Source: Macrostomum lignano (Eukaryota). Taken from it: a stretch of 64,000 bases of DNA. The first letter of the stretch is position 1, and each line of letters starts with the position of its first letter. Made by a program: the position numbers and the translations under genes. Below the pieces are notes generated by a model. It saw only the letters and a list, made by a program, of their open reading frames with translations, was not told the origin of the DNA and did no database searches. This document shows, one piece after another, positions 1-24,630 of the stretch. The stretch spans positions 496,001-560,000 of the forward strand of contig NIVC01000025.1 in the NCBI GenBank assembly GCA_002269645.1. Reading direction: 5' to 3'.

Positions 1-332
1 GCTTGCTGTATTTTTTTATATTTTAATAACTTGGTTTAATGGTTTCTTTTTTTAAGAATTTTCTCTGTTTGGAAATCTTCCTTTTTCGTGCATATTCTAG
101 AATTTTTTAATTAAAATTAATAACGTTTTATTCGATTGATATATTATTCAGCTTTCTGAATTAATCAACGTTTTTATTTGTGTAAGTGGAATTTTATTTG
201 ACACAAAAAGAACAAATATACCTTTAAGATGATCTTTAATTGATTAAGAGTTCCGAGAGATTAACTTAGCAAACCCTAGAACAGTTAAGACAACCGGTAA
301 CGTATTGCTAGTCGATATTCTCGAACGCCTTA

Positions 333-14052
<13,720 letters not shown>

Positions 14053-14895
14053 TTTCTTTGTCTTTGAAAATGATGGATCGACACTCGAAGTTTTACGCGC
14101 GGTCGTGCTAAGCCGTTAACAACACGAAACTTTTGTGCTATATGCATTTTATGCACGCGAAAGTCTCAGTCTTTTGGCCATAGACATTTACGAGTATTAT
14201 CTGCACGCTTATGCTATCTAGATATGCCATAGACTATTATCGCACTCGAAAAGCCTAGTATTGCTTTTGTCAGCCTAACTGAGAATAAAGCCATCCAAAG
14301 TGAGAATCCTGCCTACGCTGACTGCGAAGGGCCTGGCTGCGTGCAGCCTTAGTCTATGGGCCATAGACAATAAAGGACAAGCAAAGTGATAAAAAGCCAT
14401 CCAATGTGAGAATCGATTGGTCTATGCGTCGTATTCTTTTATTTTTATACCTTCTGAGCTTCTGAGCCATATGACTAGCCAATCCTAGCTTATCCTTTAT
14501 AGTCTATGGCTCATAGACTAGGCTGGACGCAGCCAGGCCCTTCGTATTCAGCGTAGGCAGGATTCTCACTTTGGATGGCTTTTTATCACTTTGCTTATCC
14601 TTTATAGTCTATGGCCCATAGACTAAGGCTGCACGCAGCCAGGCCCTTCGCAGTCAGCGTAGGCAGGATTCTCACTTTGGATGGCTTTATTCTCAGTTAG
14701 GCTGACAAAACCAATAGTAGGCATATTGTCCCATGACTGAGCGTGCGTTGAAAAAATTCTTCGTCACAGCACTGTACTTTATTATCTGCACGCTTTTTGT
14801 TCCTGCAGCTAGGAGTTCCTACCATAGACATTTTCTTAGTGACCATAGACAATTTCTTGCTATGCACAAGCTTCTGATCGTGAGTTTGGCCACAT

Positions 14896-15290
14896 ATGGA
14901 TTCATTATTCCCTAACGGCATGAGAAGCGGCATGACGGCCGGTGAGTACTCCCACCATTTGGAGTGGGCCGACGTTGAGAAGCTTGTGGACGAGAAGTTA
15001 CGTCTCCAATCAACTAGTGTGGACGACAACGAGGAGCTGAACCGCCTATTCGACTCCATCCCTGATTTGAACGACGACTTGGCCTCGATCGACCTTGACG
15101 CATCAATCTGGGCGCTGGAGCAAGAGACCGATGTCAAATCGTCTAAGAAGCATGAGGCTCAATACGTCACGAAATTTCGCGATTTCTTGGCCAAGTATCC
15201 GCACCTGCGCGTCGATTTGGACTTCGCAACCTGAGGAGCTGAGGAGGTGTTAAATTCTGCTGTGTTTTTCCCCTTTGTTTTAATAAACGT
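14896..15290 (+). pseudogene. N-terminal fragment resembling a Crypton-type tyrosine recombinase
   Basis: KSSKKHEAQYVTKFRDFLAKYPHLRVDLDFAT*GAEEVLNSAVFF resembles the T.K.T...V..F..FL.....DF.T...EELN..L..F pattern that starts Crypton/DUF3504-associated recombinases. There is an in-frame TGA and no catalytic domain in the window. Confidence 0.45.
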
Positions 15291-15324
15291 TGCTTGCAAA
15301 CTGCTGTTTTTTTGTGGCGCTGTA

Positions 15325-15443
15325 CGCTATTATCTGCACGCTTTTTCATTATCTGCACGCTTTTTCATTATCTGCACGCTTTTTTCATTATCTGCACGCT
15401 TTTTTCATTATCTGCACGCTTTTTTCATTATCTGCACGCTTTT
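15325..15443. repeat. 21-22 bp tandem repeat (ttcattatctgcacgcttttt)
   Basis: About 5-6 copies; the same tgcacgc motif recurs beside ccatagac ends. Confidence 0.9.
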
Positions 15444-17224
15444 TTGGCTAAGCCGCATAGGGTTGGGCCATAGACTGTAAGATTAATGCACGCTTTTTGG
15501 ACCAAAAACGCACGCTCAGTCATGGGACAATATGAATGATATATTCCTGCACGGTCACGAGTGCGGGAATGACATCTGCACGAGTGCGCGCTAGCGCACG
15601 AGTGCACGATGTCCTTCACGCACGAGTGAACGTGAAGGAATTCCATTGTCGGATGATTCATCGTGCAGGAATGCACAAAACCGTGCAGGAATGCATTTCT
15701 GCGCCTAATGCTTTTTCAGTGAGATTTTACCATAGACATCCATTCCTGCACGCAAAAGAGTGCAAGAATGCCATTCTTGCATGGAAAATCAGCCGACAAT
15801 GGATATTATGGAAATTCTAATATTGACATTAATAGCTATGGAAATATGTCCGTAGCTTTTTTCAACCCAACTGAGAATCCTCCGTACGTGTTCCTTCATA
15901 TATTTCTATACGCTGCCTGCGAAGGGCCTTGGCGGCGTCTTGCCAGCTTTGTCTATGGGCCTTAGTCTAAGTTGCGAATAAATATACAATAGTACACGAC
16001 GTTTAAATCAAGGAATTCTAAATCTAGCATTATGATTTAGAATTTCTTGTTTAAATCTATGAATTCTCAGTTTAGGTGGCTTTTTACATGTATCACTTTG
16101 CTTGGCTATTGCAGTCTACAGTGTCAAAAGCGATACTTTGTCATATTGAATAAACATGACCATAGTTAGGCCATAGACATCCATTACCTGCACGCTTAAG
16201 CGCGTTGTACACTATCGTTGGCTAAGAAGCGAGCCCGCATAGAAAATAAAAGCCATATTCATGGTTTAAAATCACTCTATTCTTCCATGTTAGCCAGCCA
16301 ATCAGGTAAGTCGGAAGAAATTCCTAGTAAAAGTAGGAAGACGGAAGAATTGTTTAATTTAATGAGCGTCGCGGAAATTTAGGAGTTATGTCCGAATTTA
16401 TCTACTGCGGTTAGTAGTGCGCAAAGTTTTTTGCAGTAGTAGTAAATGTGGAATTTCATATTTAGAAGCCCTGACGCCAAATCTCAGCCGTTTTTTGCTC
16501 GCCGTAGCAACGCTAGCTCTCACACTATTAAATTTAACAAAAGTACATAACTCTTATCACGGATACGAGTCTGTTTAATGACAAAAACGTATAATTTTTT
16601 CTTAATTTTTACACGGTCTCCAATCTCGATTATTTCTTTATTTAATTTTAACCATAATGCAAGAAAAATGAACAGTGATCAGTTGGAGATGCGCGTGGGA
16701 AAGAGCGAATGCGTGAATGTATTCACAATATGTCTATAAGTAGAAACTGAAGAAAATAAGAAACAGAAAAGCAGTGTGTTTTTGGGAATCACATTTATAT
16801 CCAAATTTTTTTATGTTATAAGATTTTTTTGCAAATGAATGCAGTTAGCTGACACACTTAGCTTCTAGGGGGCGAGCAGCTCGTCGAGTAAGTCGCCGCG
16901 GACAGCTAGCGTCTTCGCCATTTCAAGCTGGGCCTCAGTAGTACTGGCGGAGGATTGTCGATCAATAGCGTACACAGGAGATACATTGAAAAATCGGCCT
17001 CCAATGAAATTTTCACCAATTCTGAGTCTTCCGTCCTTCTACTTAAGTAGTCCTTGCATATAGGAGCCGGAGTCGCATGTAAGAGCATCACGACCTGAAA
17101 TATGATAATGAACAGCAAATATAAATGTGCCGTTGAAGTTTAACTTTTATAAATGGCAAACCTTTAGTGCGCTTTTATTATTATACAATTGCAAAACCTA
17201 AAACTTCAAATTATGATAATCATT

Positions 17225-18039
17225 TCTTTATATTTGCAAGGAAGTGACAGACATTGTTAATTAAGTTTGAAAAGCCTCCATACCTATTAGTTCGATTAGC
17301 AGCTCCTTAGTAACAAAGCTTGGTGGCTGCCGTAGCATCGATCGCAGCATTATAGCCTGAATGGCGATGTTAAGTCGCTGTTTGTTTATTGTTACAGCCG
17401 GGAGCTCATCATCCAGATTACATGTACATGCCGCCTCATCGCCGTCCTGTCCAGTCGCGATGCCATTTTGCTCCTCCATCAACCTATCCTGTGGTTCAGC
17501 CTCAGGCGTGTTTTCTTGTGTAGCCTGTCCAACCGTCCTACCACCGTGACTCTGGCCGCTGCACAATTCGATCAACTTATCGAGCTTTTTGTCCATCTGC
17601 TTCAGTCGCACGGTTGCCGATTGTCGGCGCCCCTAAAAAGTTAGGGAAATTCATAAAGCAAAACATAACACAAATACTGTACAGCTAATACCACATTTTC
17701 TAATCTATAGTTTTGCAAGCTAGCCGCCTACTGTAACAAATAAGTGCCAGGCGCTGTCCAGCATATCATAATTCTCACCGTCTCTATTCCCATGATTAGG
17801 AGGCAGTTCCTGATCAGCGCAAAGGTAGGCAAAGCAGGGCCCATCAGAGTCCCGGGTTGTAAACTGCTCGAGGAGCGTCCAGCTGCGGCTACATGTACTT
17901 TCCTCCCGTAGCATAGACGTAGAGGAGCCTCTAATTCTTTGCTCGCTGCAGTAATGACGCACAAGTCCTGTTCATTGACGGCTTGCATCGCATTCTGAGC
18001 AAAGCGAACTACAAACCATTTGTTTAATTGGTGCTCCAT
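17225..18039 (-). pseudogene. Transposon accessory-type gene (DUF4806/BEN-like), probably frameshifted near its 3' end
   Basis: Two exons (about 18039-17777 and 17632-17225) join in phase 0 through GT-AG. N-terminal KWFVVRF, coiled coil RLKQMDKKLDKLIEL, and a C-terminal helix that continues as NLINNVCHFLANIKK only after a 1-nt shift. Confidence 0.4.
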
Positions 18040-19877
18040 GTGCAACCTGAAATAACATGCAGGACAGTGAAAATAAAATTAGTCATATTTTTCGATGGTA
18101 CTGCACTATTTTTGTGAAGCACATTTTTTATTAACTTTTGTGTTTCTTCTACCAACTTTGGCAGTTTTACAACTTTACAGTTAGTACTTCTTAAACTTTC
18201 TACTTATTCCAGGCAAATATACCTATTTTATTCAAGAAAATTATGCTCGCTTTTGACGGCTTCTACATGCCCAACAGCTTATACATTGCTTTTTATCTGA
18301 CATGATAAAGCTAGAAGTCACTAATCACAATTAAAAAAAATTATGAAAAAATAACAAGGACAAAATACTACTGATGATAAAAATCAAATGATCGGAGCTC
18401 AAACTGCAAATGCAAGTACATGCAAACAGGTTAATTTTGTGATTTAATGATTTAAAGTTATTTATTGATTTATAATGATTTAATACTGAATTCTAGATGC
18501 CTTAAAAAGAATTTTCATTGATAAACAGGATTTTGAGTGACTATAAAACTGTGAACCATTTTAGTTGTTTATTTCAAATATGTACAAAAAGTATCGCTTT
18601 AAAATGAAGCTACCTAAAAGCTGAGATAGTTCTTACATTTAAAAACTACATGTTTTGGCTGCTAAAATTGAGGATAGAGAAACAAAAAGTAATGCTTCTT
18701 TACAGATTTTTCTAACTTTATTTTTTATTAGAATAATGCAATTAAAATTTTGCTAATATATATATTAGTATAACTATCAAACATAATTCGTGTTCAATGT
18801 GTCTTTTACTATGAAAGTTTCAAGATAGAATTTAAAAGATGTATTAAATAAAAATATCTATTCTTTATAAATAGCAAGACACACAAGCCAAGGACTAAAC
18901 AGTAATTAGTAGTATAGTTGCACACCTATCGCTTAGATCTTTAATTTTTTGGTTATTAATACCCTTTAAATAGTAGAAATGAACAAAAGAAAGCTAATTT
19001 CGAGATTGAGGCAAAAACTGAGAATGCGCACTTCCATGTTGCTAGCCGCGTCTCAGTCGCATCAAAATTTTAAACTCATGCCCCAGATGCGGCTGTAGTA
19101 AAATCTTATAGATTATGGTCTGAAAGTTATGTCCCAAAAGATTTCGCGCGATAATTCGATAGTTCATTTATGTACAAGTGAATGCTCGCGCTTGTAAAAT
19201 AAAAATTATAGACTGAGCATGCAGCGCGCGATAACATTCAAATCTATTACTTTTTTATGCTGCGTTTCATTTATGTGTGTACAGAAGTTCAGCCTAATAT
19301 TTTAACTTCAAACTTTGAAATTAATTTACAGTTAGCTAAGTTTAACAGCCATTTTTTCAACTTTTTTGATCGTGCTTTGTTAAAGTGCAATGAATTCAAA
19401 CGCCAGTTTAACTTGGAAGCGATCTTTACTCTCATTCCTAGATAAACCTTGAATATTCACAGTTTAACTTGGAATTTAACCAGGAATCGGCTTCAATTTT
19501 TTAAGCGGGAGTCATCAGCATGGATGACCAGCATAGAATTTTTCGAAACAAGTTGTCACTCAGCCAAAGGAATAAGCAAACCCATCTAGTCTATTTTCTA
19601 TCGATTTGAACCATAGACAAGCGCTCCATAGTTTGCGCCTAGTGGCATGTCTAAAACTGATATTGTACCATAGAAATTTTGCCCAAGCTACCCTTTGATA
19701 GTGAGGGACGAGAGAGTTGAGGTGAGGCCATAGACAGCTCGTTGTATCAACAAATTTTCGTACTCTCTCAGCCACAGATTCTTTATACCCCCAGGCCGCA
19801 GGGACATGCAGGGACTTCTGCAATATAAATTTACCATGGAAAGAAGGGACTGGAAATTCGGTTTTAGTGAGTAAGAA

Positions 19878-20108
19878 ATGGTGAGAAAATGCACGGTTTT
19901 CGGCTGCTCAACACACTACGATTCCAATCCAGAAAGCAACGCCGTGCCTGTAAACCTGTCACTGGTTTACAGCAGTGACAGGATTACATTTCCGAACCTC
20001 CAGTCATTCTCCGGTTGCATATTTAATACTTTTTCAAAGGGCTACGTCAAGCGCGCTGACGGCTGGCAAAAACTCAAATCAGTATTCGATTCGCAAAAGA
20101 AAATTTGA
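19878..20108 (+). pseudogene. Degenerate THAP zinc-finger N-terminus
   Basis: M-x3-C-x4-C start typical of THAP domains; the later Cys/His ligands are not recognisable. Confidence 0.45.
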
Positions 20109-20909
20109 TGTATCTGTAGTCTGGTGATGTCTCAGTAAATGCTCGGGATTATGAGGACAACTCCGTTGACACACCACGTATGTCGCTTGCGTTACAGTGA
20201 CTTTTCTGCTTTCCTGTTCTCCTGTTCTCTGATTATTCTCTTCTATGGTTCTTCTGTTCATCTGTACTCTTGCTTTCTGGTTCTTCGACGATCGATTTGT
20301 TGGGTTCCTGTCCATTCGTTCTTTTGTTTCCTCGTTGGTTAGTGCGTCTTTCGTTAGATTTATTGACATATGCTTGGACTTTTAACTGACTTTTTAAGCT
20401 TATACACTGTAAATAAAAAGTAGCCGAAAAAGTAGCCTGAAGGGTGCCGGTTGTAAGTAGCCGGATAGGTGCCGAAAGTGTCCAATTTTCGGCGCCTTTT
20501 TCAATATTAGGGTGCCGCAAGCGGCTAATTCTAGGCTTTAAAAAGTGCCGCATGCAGCCACTTTTAGGTTAAAAAAGTAACCGCTTGTGACACTTTTTTG
20601 TAGAAAAGGGCGCCGAAAATTAGACACTTTCGGCACCTATCCGACTAATTACAACCGGCACCCTTTAGGCCACTTTTTGATGATTAAAATATGGCCCTTC
20701 CAAGAACTTACTCCTTCAATATCCTGAGCGTTTCAACTAACCAGCTTTCTTTCGGTCATTTGATGTATGTAGTTGGTTAGTTAGTTAATAATAGTGAAAA
20801 AAAATCATTCAGTGGCAAATCTTGAGTGCATAATTTTTAAGGTTTGAAAAAAATAATGTAATTTTGAAGTTAAGCATATATTTAAAATTAGACACTGTTT
20901 TCAGCAAAT

Positions 20910-21248
20910 TGGGTTAGCTAGTAGCATGAAAAATTGCACAGAGAGCATGTTTAGCACCTTAAAAGAGTCAAGCAATGAAAATAAGAAATAGTACTTTAAT
21001 TTTAGTCAGTGAACAACAAGGTTTAGCTAGTAGCATGAAAAATTGCACAGAGAGCATGTTTAGCACCTTAAAAGAGTCAAGCAATGAAAATAAGAAATAG
21101 TACTTTAATTTTAGTCAGTGAACAACAAGGTTTAGCTAGTAGCATGAAAAATTGCACAGAGAGCATGTTTAGCACCTTAAAAGAGTCAAGCAATGAAAAT
21201 AAGAAATAGTACTTTAATTTTAGTCAGTGAACAACAAGGTTTACCTAG
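20910..21248. repeat. 109-bp unit in three tandem copies
   Basis: Unit starts near 20913, 21020, 21129 and 21238. Confidence 0.93.
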
Positions 21249-22305
21249 CTTTACCAATTGGGTTTGCCACTTCAAATTCATCTGTATATAGTGCAAGATA
21301 AATAGCATCTTTAGGGTCATTTTCAATTAATGGTTTGATATAATTTTCAAAGTATGGACTAGAAAAGAAAGGTGATTTTTCCTTTAATTCCCCAGTAAAA
21401 ATCATAGATTGAAAATATTTATTTTGTAAAACTGAAGAAATATTGCTTTTGATTGAAATATAAACAATACTATTCCTATTAAATAATGGTACTTCAATAG
21501 GTTCAACAAATTGATAATGCCCTTTAATAAAACTTAACAACTGTGAATCACTTTCTAATATTTCAAGGCAAGTATCAAAGAATGATTCTAATTGCAAGAA
21601 ATCTTGGACCCCTTGGATGGTTTTATTTGGAATACCTTTTTCTTTCAGGAATTGACAAATGGTTGATAGATATAATATACTAAAGGAAGAAAAAATGCCT
21701 TTTACTTGTAAACTTAATGACCTTGCTGTACTATTTGGTAAGCTGAAATAATCTCTAGCTTGAAAACAAAACTTTGCCATGTTGCAACCACTGTTTGATT
21801 TTAACTTTTCTTTCAATTCCCATGCAGATGATTCTGGCCTGGCTAGTGCTAACATAGAAACAGGAGGCCTAACTAGGTTTGATAAATCTCTAGACCCTTC
21901 TTGGTTTTTAAATTCAGCATGTACAAGCTGGTTTTGCTCAATGTCAATAGGCATATTTATTGTAGAAGATCCAGTCATTAAGTGTTCATTCATATGCATA
22001 TCATTGGCACTGGCTTGATTGCTAGGACTTATGTCTGTAACATCAAATTGAAATGGCTCAGTTAAGCTTTGACTTAGGATAGTATCACTGTGGAACCTAG
22101 AAATATGCTTGATAGTGGCTTCTTTCGAGGATGAAAATACAAAACAATTCTGTAATGGACACTGAAACTTCAGTTGAATTTCAGCTGACCTAGTGGACAA
22201 GAGAGGACAATAATGGCGATAATGCTTTAAAAACTGGGATAAAGAAGTGCTCTTACAACCACATTTACATGTGAATATGGACAAGGAGTTATGACTTGCC
22301 ATCAT
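21241..22305 (-). pseudogene. 5' half of a CMC/EnSpm-like transposase with two C2H2-type zinc fingers
   Basis: CKCGC..FLKHYRH and CPLQNC..IKHISRFH fingers; ends at LALYTDEFEVANPIG, the first catalytic-Asp motif of this family; truncated at the tandem repeat. Confidence 0.75.
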
Positions 22306-23377
22306 AAAAAAATGAAGCCAAAGTAAAGCTTAATAGCTTTGGAACTATACAAGTAAAATTCAGGAGCCATTGATTACAGTACAGTACAGGCAAAAATTAA
22401 AACGATAAGGATGGCTTACTAAATATTAGGACAGAAATAAAAACTATCAGTAGCTAAAATACAAAGTTTCTACAAAGAGCAACGAGACAGTCAGACACTG
22501 TTATTCACAAAGAAATAATTGTAGCAAGTTAGTTGTCTGAAACTGAAAACGAATATTCGACAAATTTGACAATTAGCAGATTTTAAGCATGCAATAATCA
22601 CTCTGCTCAAGCAAAAGTGTTTGATTTTTAAAAAGAAATCATTATAAGAAAACATACAAGCATCTTTTTTCAATTATAAAACTATCAAGCTTCAAGTTAT
22701 TTATATGCTATTCATAAAGCACATGCATTTAGAACCTTTGCTTTACAGACTTTTGTAAATGAATTCCAATCTTAAGTATAGGTACTTTGTACGTTGTACA
22801 ACTGGCTACTTTTTAATTATGCAGCTCCCATGGCTTTGTCAGGATTCCCTGCGGATTTTTTCAGTATGAAAAATACCTAGCAGGTTGCAGATAATGAAAA
22901 CTAAATATATGTAACTATTTTTGAAGTGATTTAAGAAATTCAACAACCGGCTACTAAAGACTATTTTACAACCGGCTACTTCTGCGGCCACTTTTAATTT
23001 ACAGTGTAAATAGACATGTGTGTTCATCTTACCTTCAATAAGCCAGCCCCCACATTTCTTACTCACTAAAACACAGTTTCCAGTCCCTTCTTTCTATGGT
23101 AAATTTATATCGCAAAAGTCCCTGGTATATGCAAAGCATCTATTTTTTGAGCATCAATCTGCCGGACGTCCTTGATATTGATGTTCATGTTGATAGCCTT
23201 AAGAGGCTGGAATATATTCTTATAGAGCGACTCAGGCTATAAATAGCGTGTATTGTCTATGGCAAGAGCCTCTTGAATTATTCATGAAAATCATCTCAAT
23301 ATTTTCTTATCGCAGCAGCCTTAAAAATCGTTGTGAGAATTCAGCGCTCGAAAAAAACCTATTTATTTCGCTCGCAA

Positions 23378-23944
23378 ATGACATCGCACGGAAGGCAGCA
23401 GCAGAAAAAAATTGACTACAGCTCTGAAGTCGCTCAGCAGCAGCACGAAGGCTATCGAAGCGGTCTCGCTGGAGGTGCCGGCGCAAGCGGCGTGGCCGAG
23501 GCCACAGTGATCATAGTGGCCGGAGATTCTGCCGGCGAGCTGGCGACCGCTTCACGGCAGAGAAGAGGCTCTGGCGGTTCCCGACGGTCGACTTCGTCGC
23601 CGTCAGATCCGTCAGAGGACGCAGTGGCGGCGGGGCCGGAAGCAGCCGCAGCGGCGGTGGCAGCCGGGCATGGCCAGCAGCCGTCCTGGCTTCGACAGAG
23701 CACCGGCCTGACGATGAAAGCCATCAGCCTGTTGCTGCTGCTAGCTGGCTACGTGACGCTGCTCTACTGTGGTCACAGGCTCGCTCGGGCCGCTCAGCTG
23801 CTGGAGCGGCTCACTTGGCCGGTGATCAGCGTCCTGGCCTGCCTGCCAGCGGTTCTGATTCTGCTGAGCTGCCTGCTGATCGGTGCCAGTCGCCGATGCG
23901 AAGGTGACGGCAAGCTTCGAGTGTCACAAGCCACTGCCGTGTGA
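23378..23944 (+). CDS. Intronless orphan protein (188 aa), Ala/Gly/Ser-rich N-terminus and two C-terminal hydrophobic segments
   Basis: ATG at 23378; GC-rich island in AT-rich flanks, similar in composition to the host exons; hydrophobic stretches AISLLLLLAGYVTLLYCG and WPVISVLACLPAVLILLSCLLIG; aataaa about 40 nt after the stop. Confidence 0.6.
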   Translation: MTSHGRQQQKKIDYSSEVAQQQHEGYRSGLAGGAGASGVAEATVIIVAGDSAGELATASRQRRGSGGSRRSTSSPSDPSEDAVAAGPEAAAAAVAAGHGQQPSWLRQSTGLTMKAISLLLLLAGYVTLLYCGHRLARAAQLLERLTWPVISVLACLPAVLILLSCLLIGASRRCEGDGKLRVSQATAV

Positions 23945-24169
23945 TGGACTGTTAAATAGCAAAATGTTGGCATGCTTGGTTATTAATAAATGTGGGCCAA
24001 TATTATAATAAGCTACCCTTCCCATGCGTGTATATACTAGTTAGAAATAAACAGACTTTCTCGTGCCAAACAAGGTCCGAGGTTCGATTCCGTGGAATAT
24101 TGTTCATTTCGTGAGATTCACGCCCACATGAGAGCCAACCCCCAACCTCACAGAGGAAGAGATCCGATG

Positions 24170-24630
24170 AGCTCAAAGGGGTCCAATTGAGGTCAAAGGG
24201 GTCCGATAAGGTCAAAGGGGTCCAATAAGGTCAAAGGGGTCCAATTGATGTCAAAGGGGTCCGATGAGGTCAAAGGGGTCCAATTGATGTCAAAGGGGTC
24301 CGATGAGGTCAAAGGGGTCCAATTGATGTCAAAGGGGTCCGATGAGGTCAAAGGGGTCCGATGAGGTCAAAGGGGTACGATGAGGTCAAAGGGGTCCAAT
24401 TGATGTCAAAGGGGTCCGATGAGGTCAAAGGGGTCCGATGAGGTCAAAGGGGTCCGATGAGGTCAAAGGGGTCCGATGAGGTCAAAGGGGTCCAATTGAT
24501 GTCAAAGGGGTCCGATGAGGTCAAAGGGGTCCGATGAGGTCAAAGGGGTCCAATTGATGTCAAAGGGGTCCGATGAGGTCAAAGGGGTCCGATGAGGTCA
24601 AAGGGGTCCGATGAGAGGTCAAAGGGGTCC
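24170..24630. repeat. 18-19 bp minisatellite (gaggtcaaaggggtccgat)
   Basis: About 24 copies of two alternating variants. Confidence 0.95.

Larger units (their letters stand above)
14178..15958. mobile_element. Array of small elements with CCATAGAC...GTCTATGG termini (possibly Crypton-derived)
   Basis: Palindromic junctions gtctatgg-N-(c/t)catagac at 14352-14368, 14502-14518 and 14607-14623. Further ccatagac near 14822, 14843, 15468 and 15731; gtctatgg at 15951. About 160-bp inverted repeat 14252-14415 / 14561-14723. Confidence 0.65.
20405..23006 (-). mobile_element. Internally deleted CACTA/CMC (EnSpm-like) transposon, 2.6 kb
   Basis: Termini CACTGTAAAT...ATTTACAGTG, about 33-bp imperfect TIR, TA TSD (20403-20404 / 23007-23008), subterminal gtagccg/ggtgccg repeats. 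Confidence 0.88.
19809..23124. mobile_element. P/Galileo-like THAP MITE (about 710 bp net), interrupted by a CACTA element
   Basis: 72-bp TIRs (19809-19880 / 23053-23124, 6 mismatches) starting CAGGG; degenerate 7-bp TSD ggacatg / gtatatg; THAP-like ORF start MVRKCTVFGCSTHY at 19878. Confidence 0.7.
19727..23263. mobile_element. Outer CCATAGAC-type element (about 220 bp once the nested inserts are removed)
   Basis: 10-bp inverted termini gccatagaca (19727-19736) / tgtctatggc (23254-23263); no TSD. Confidence 0.4.
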
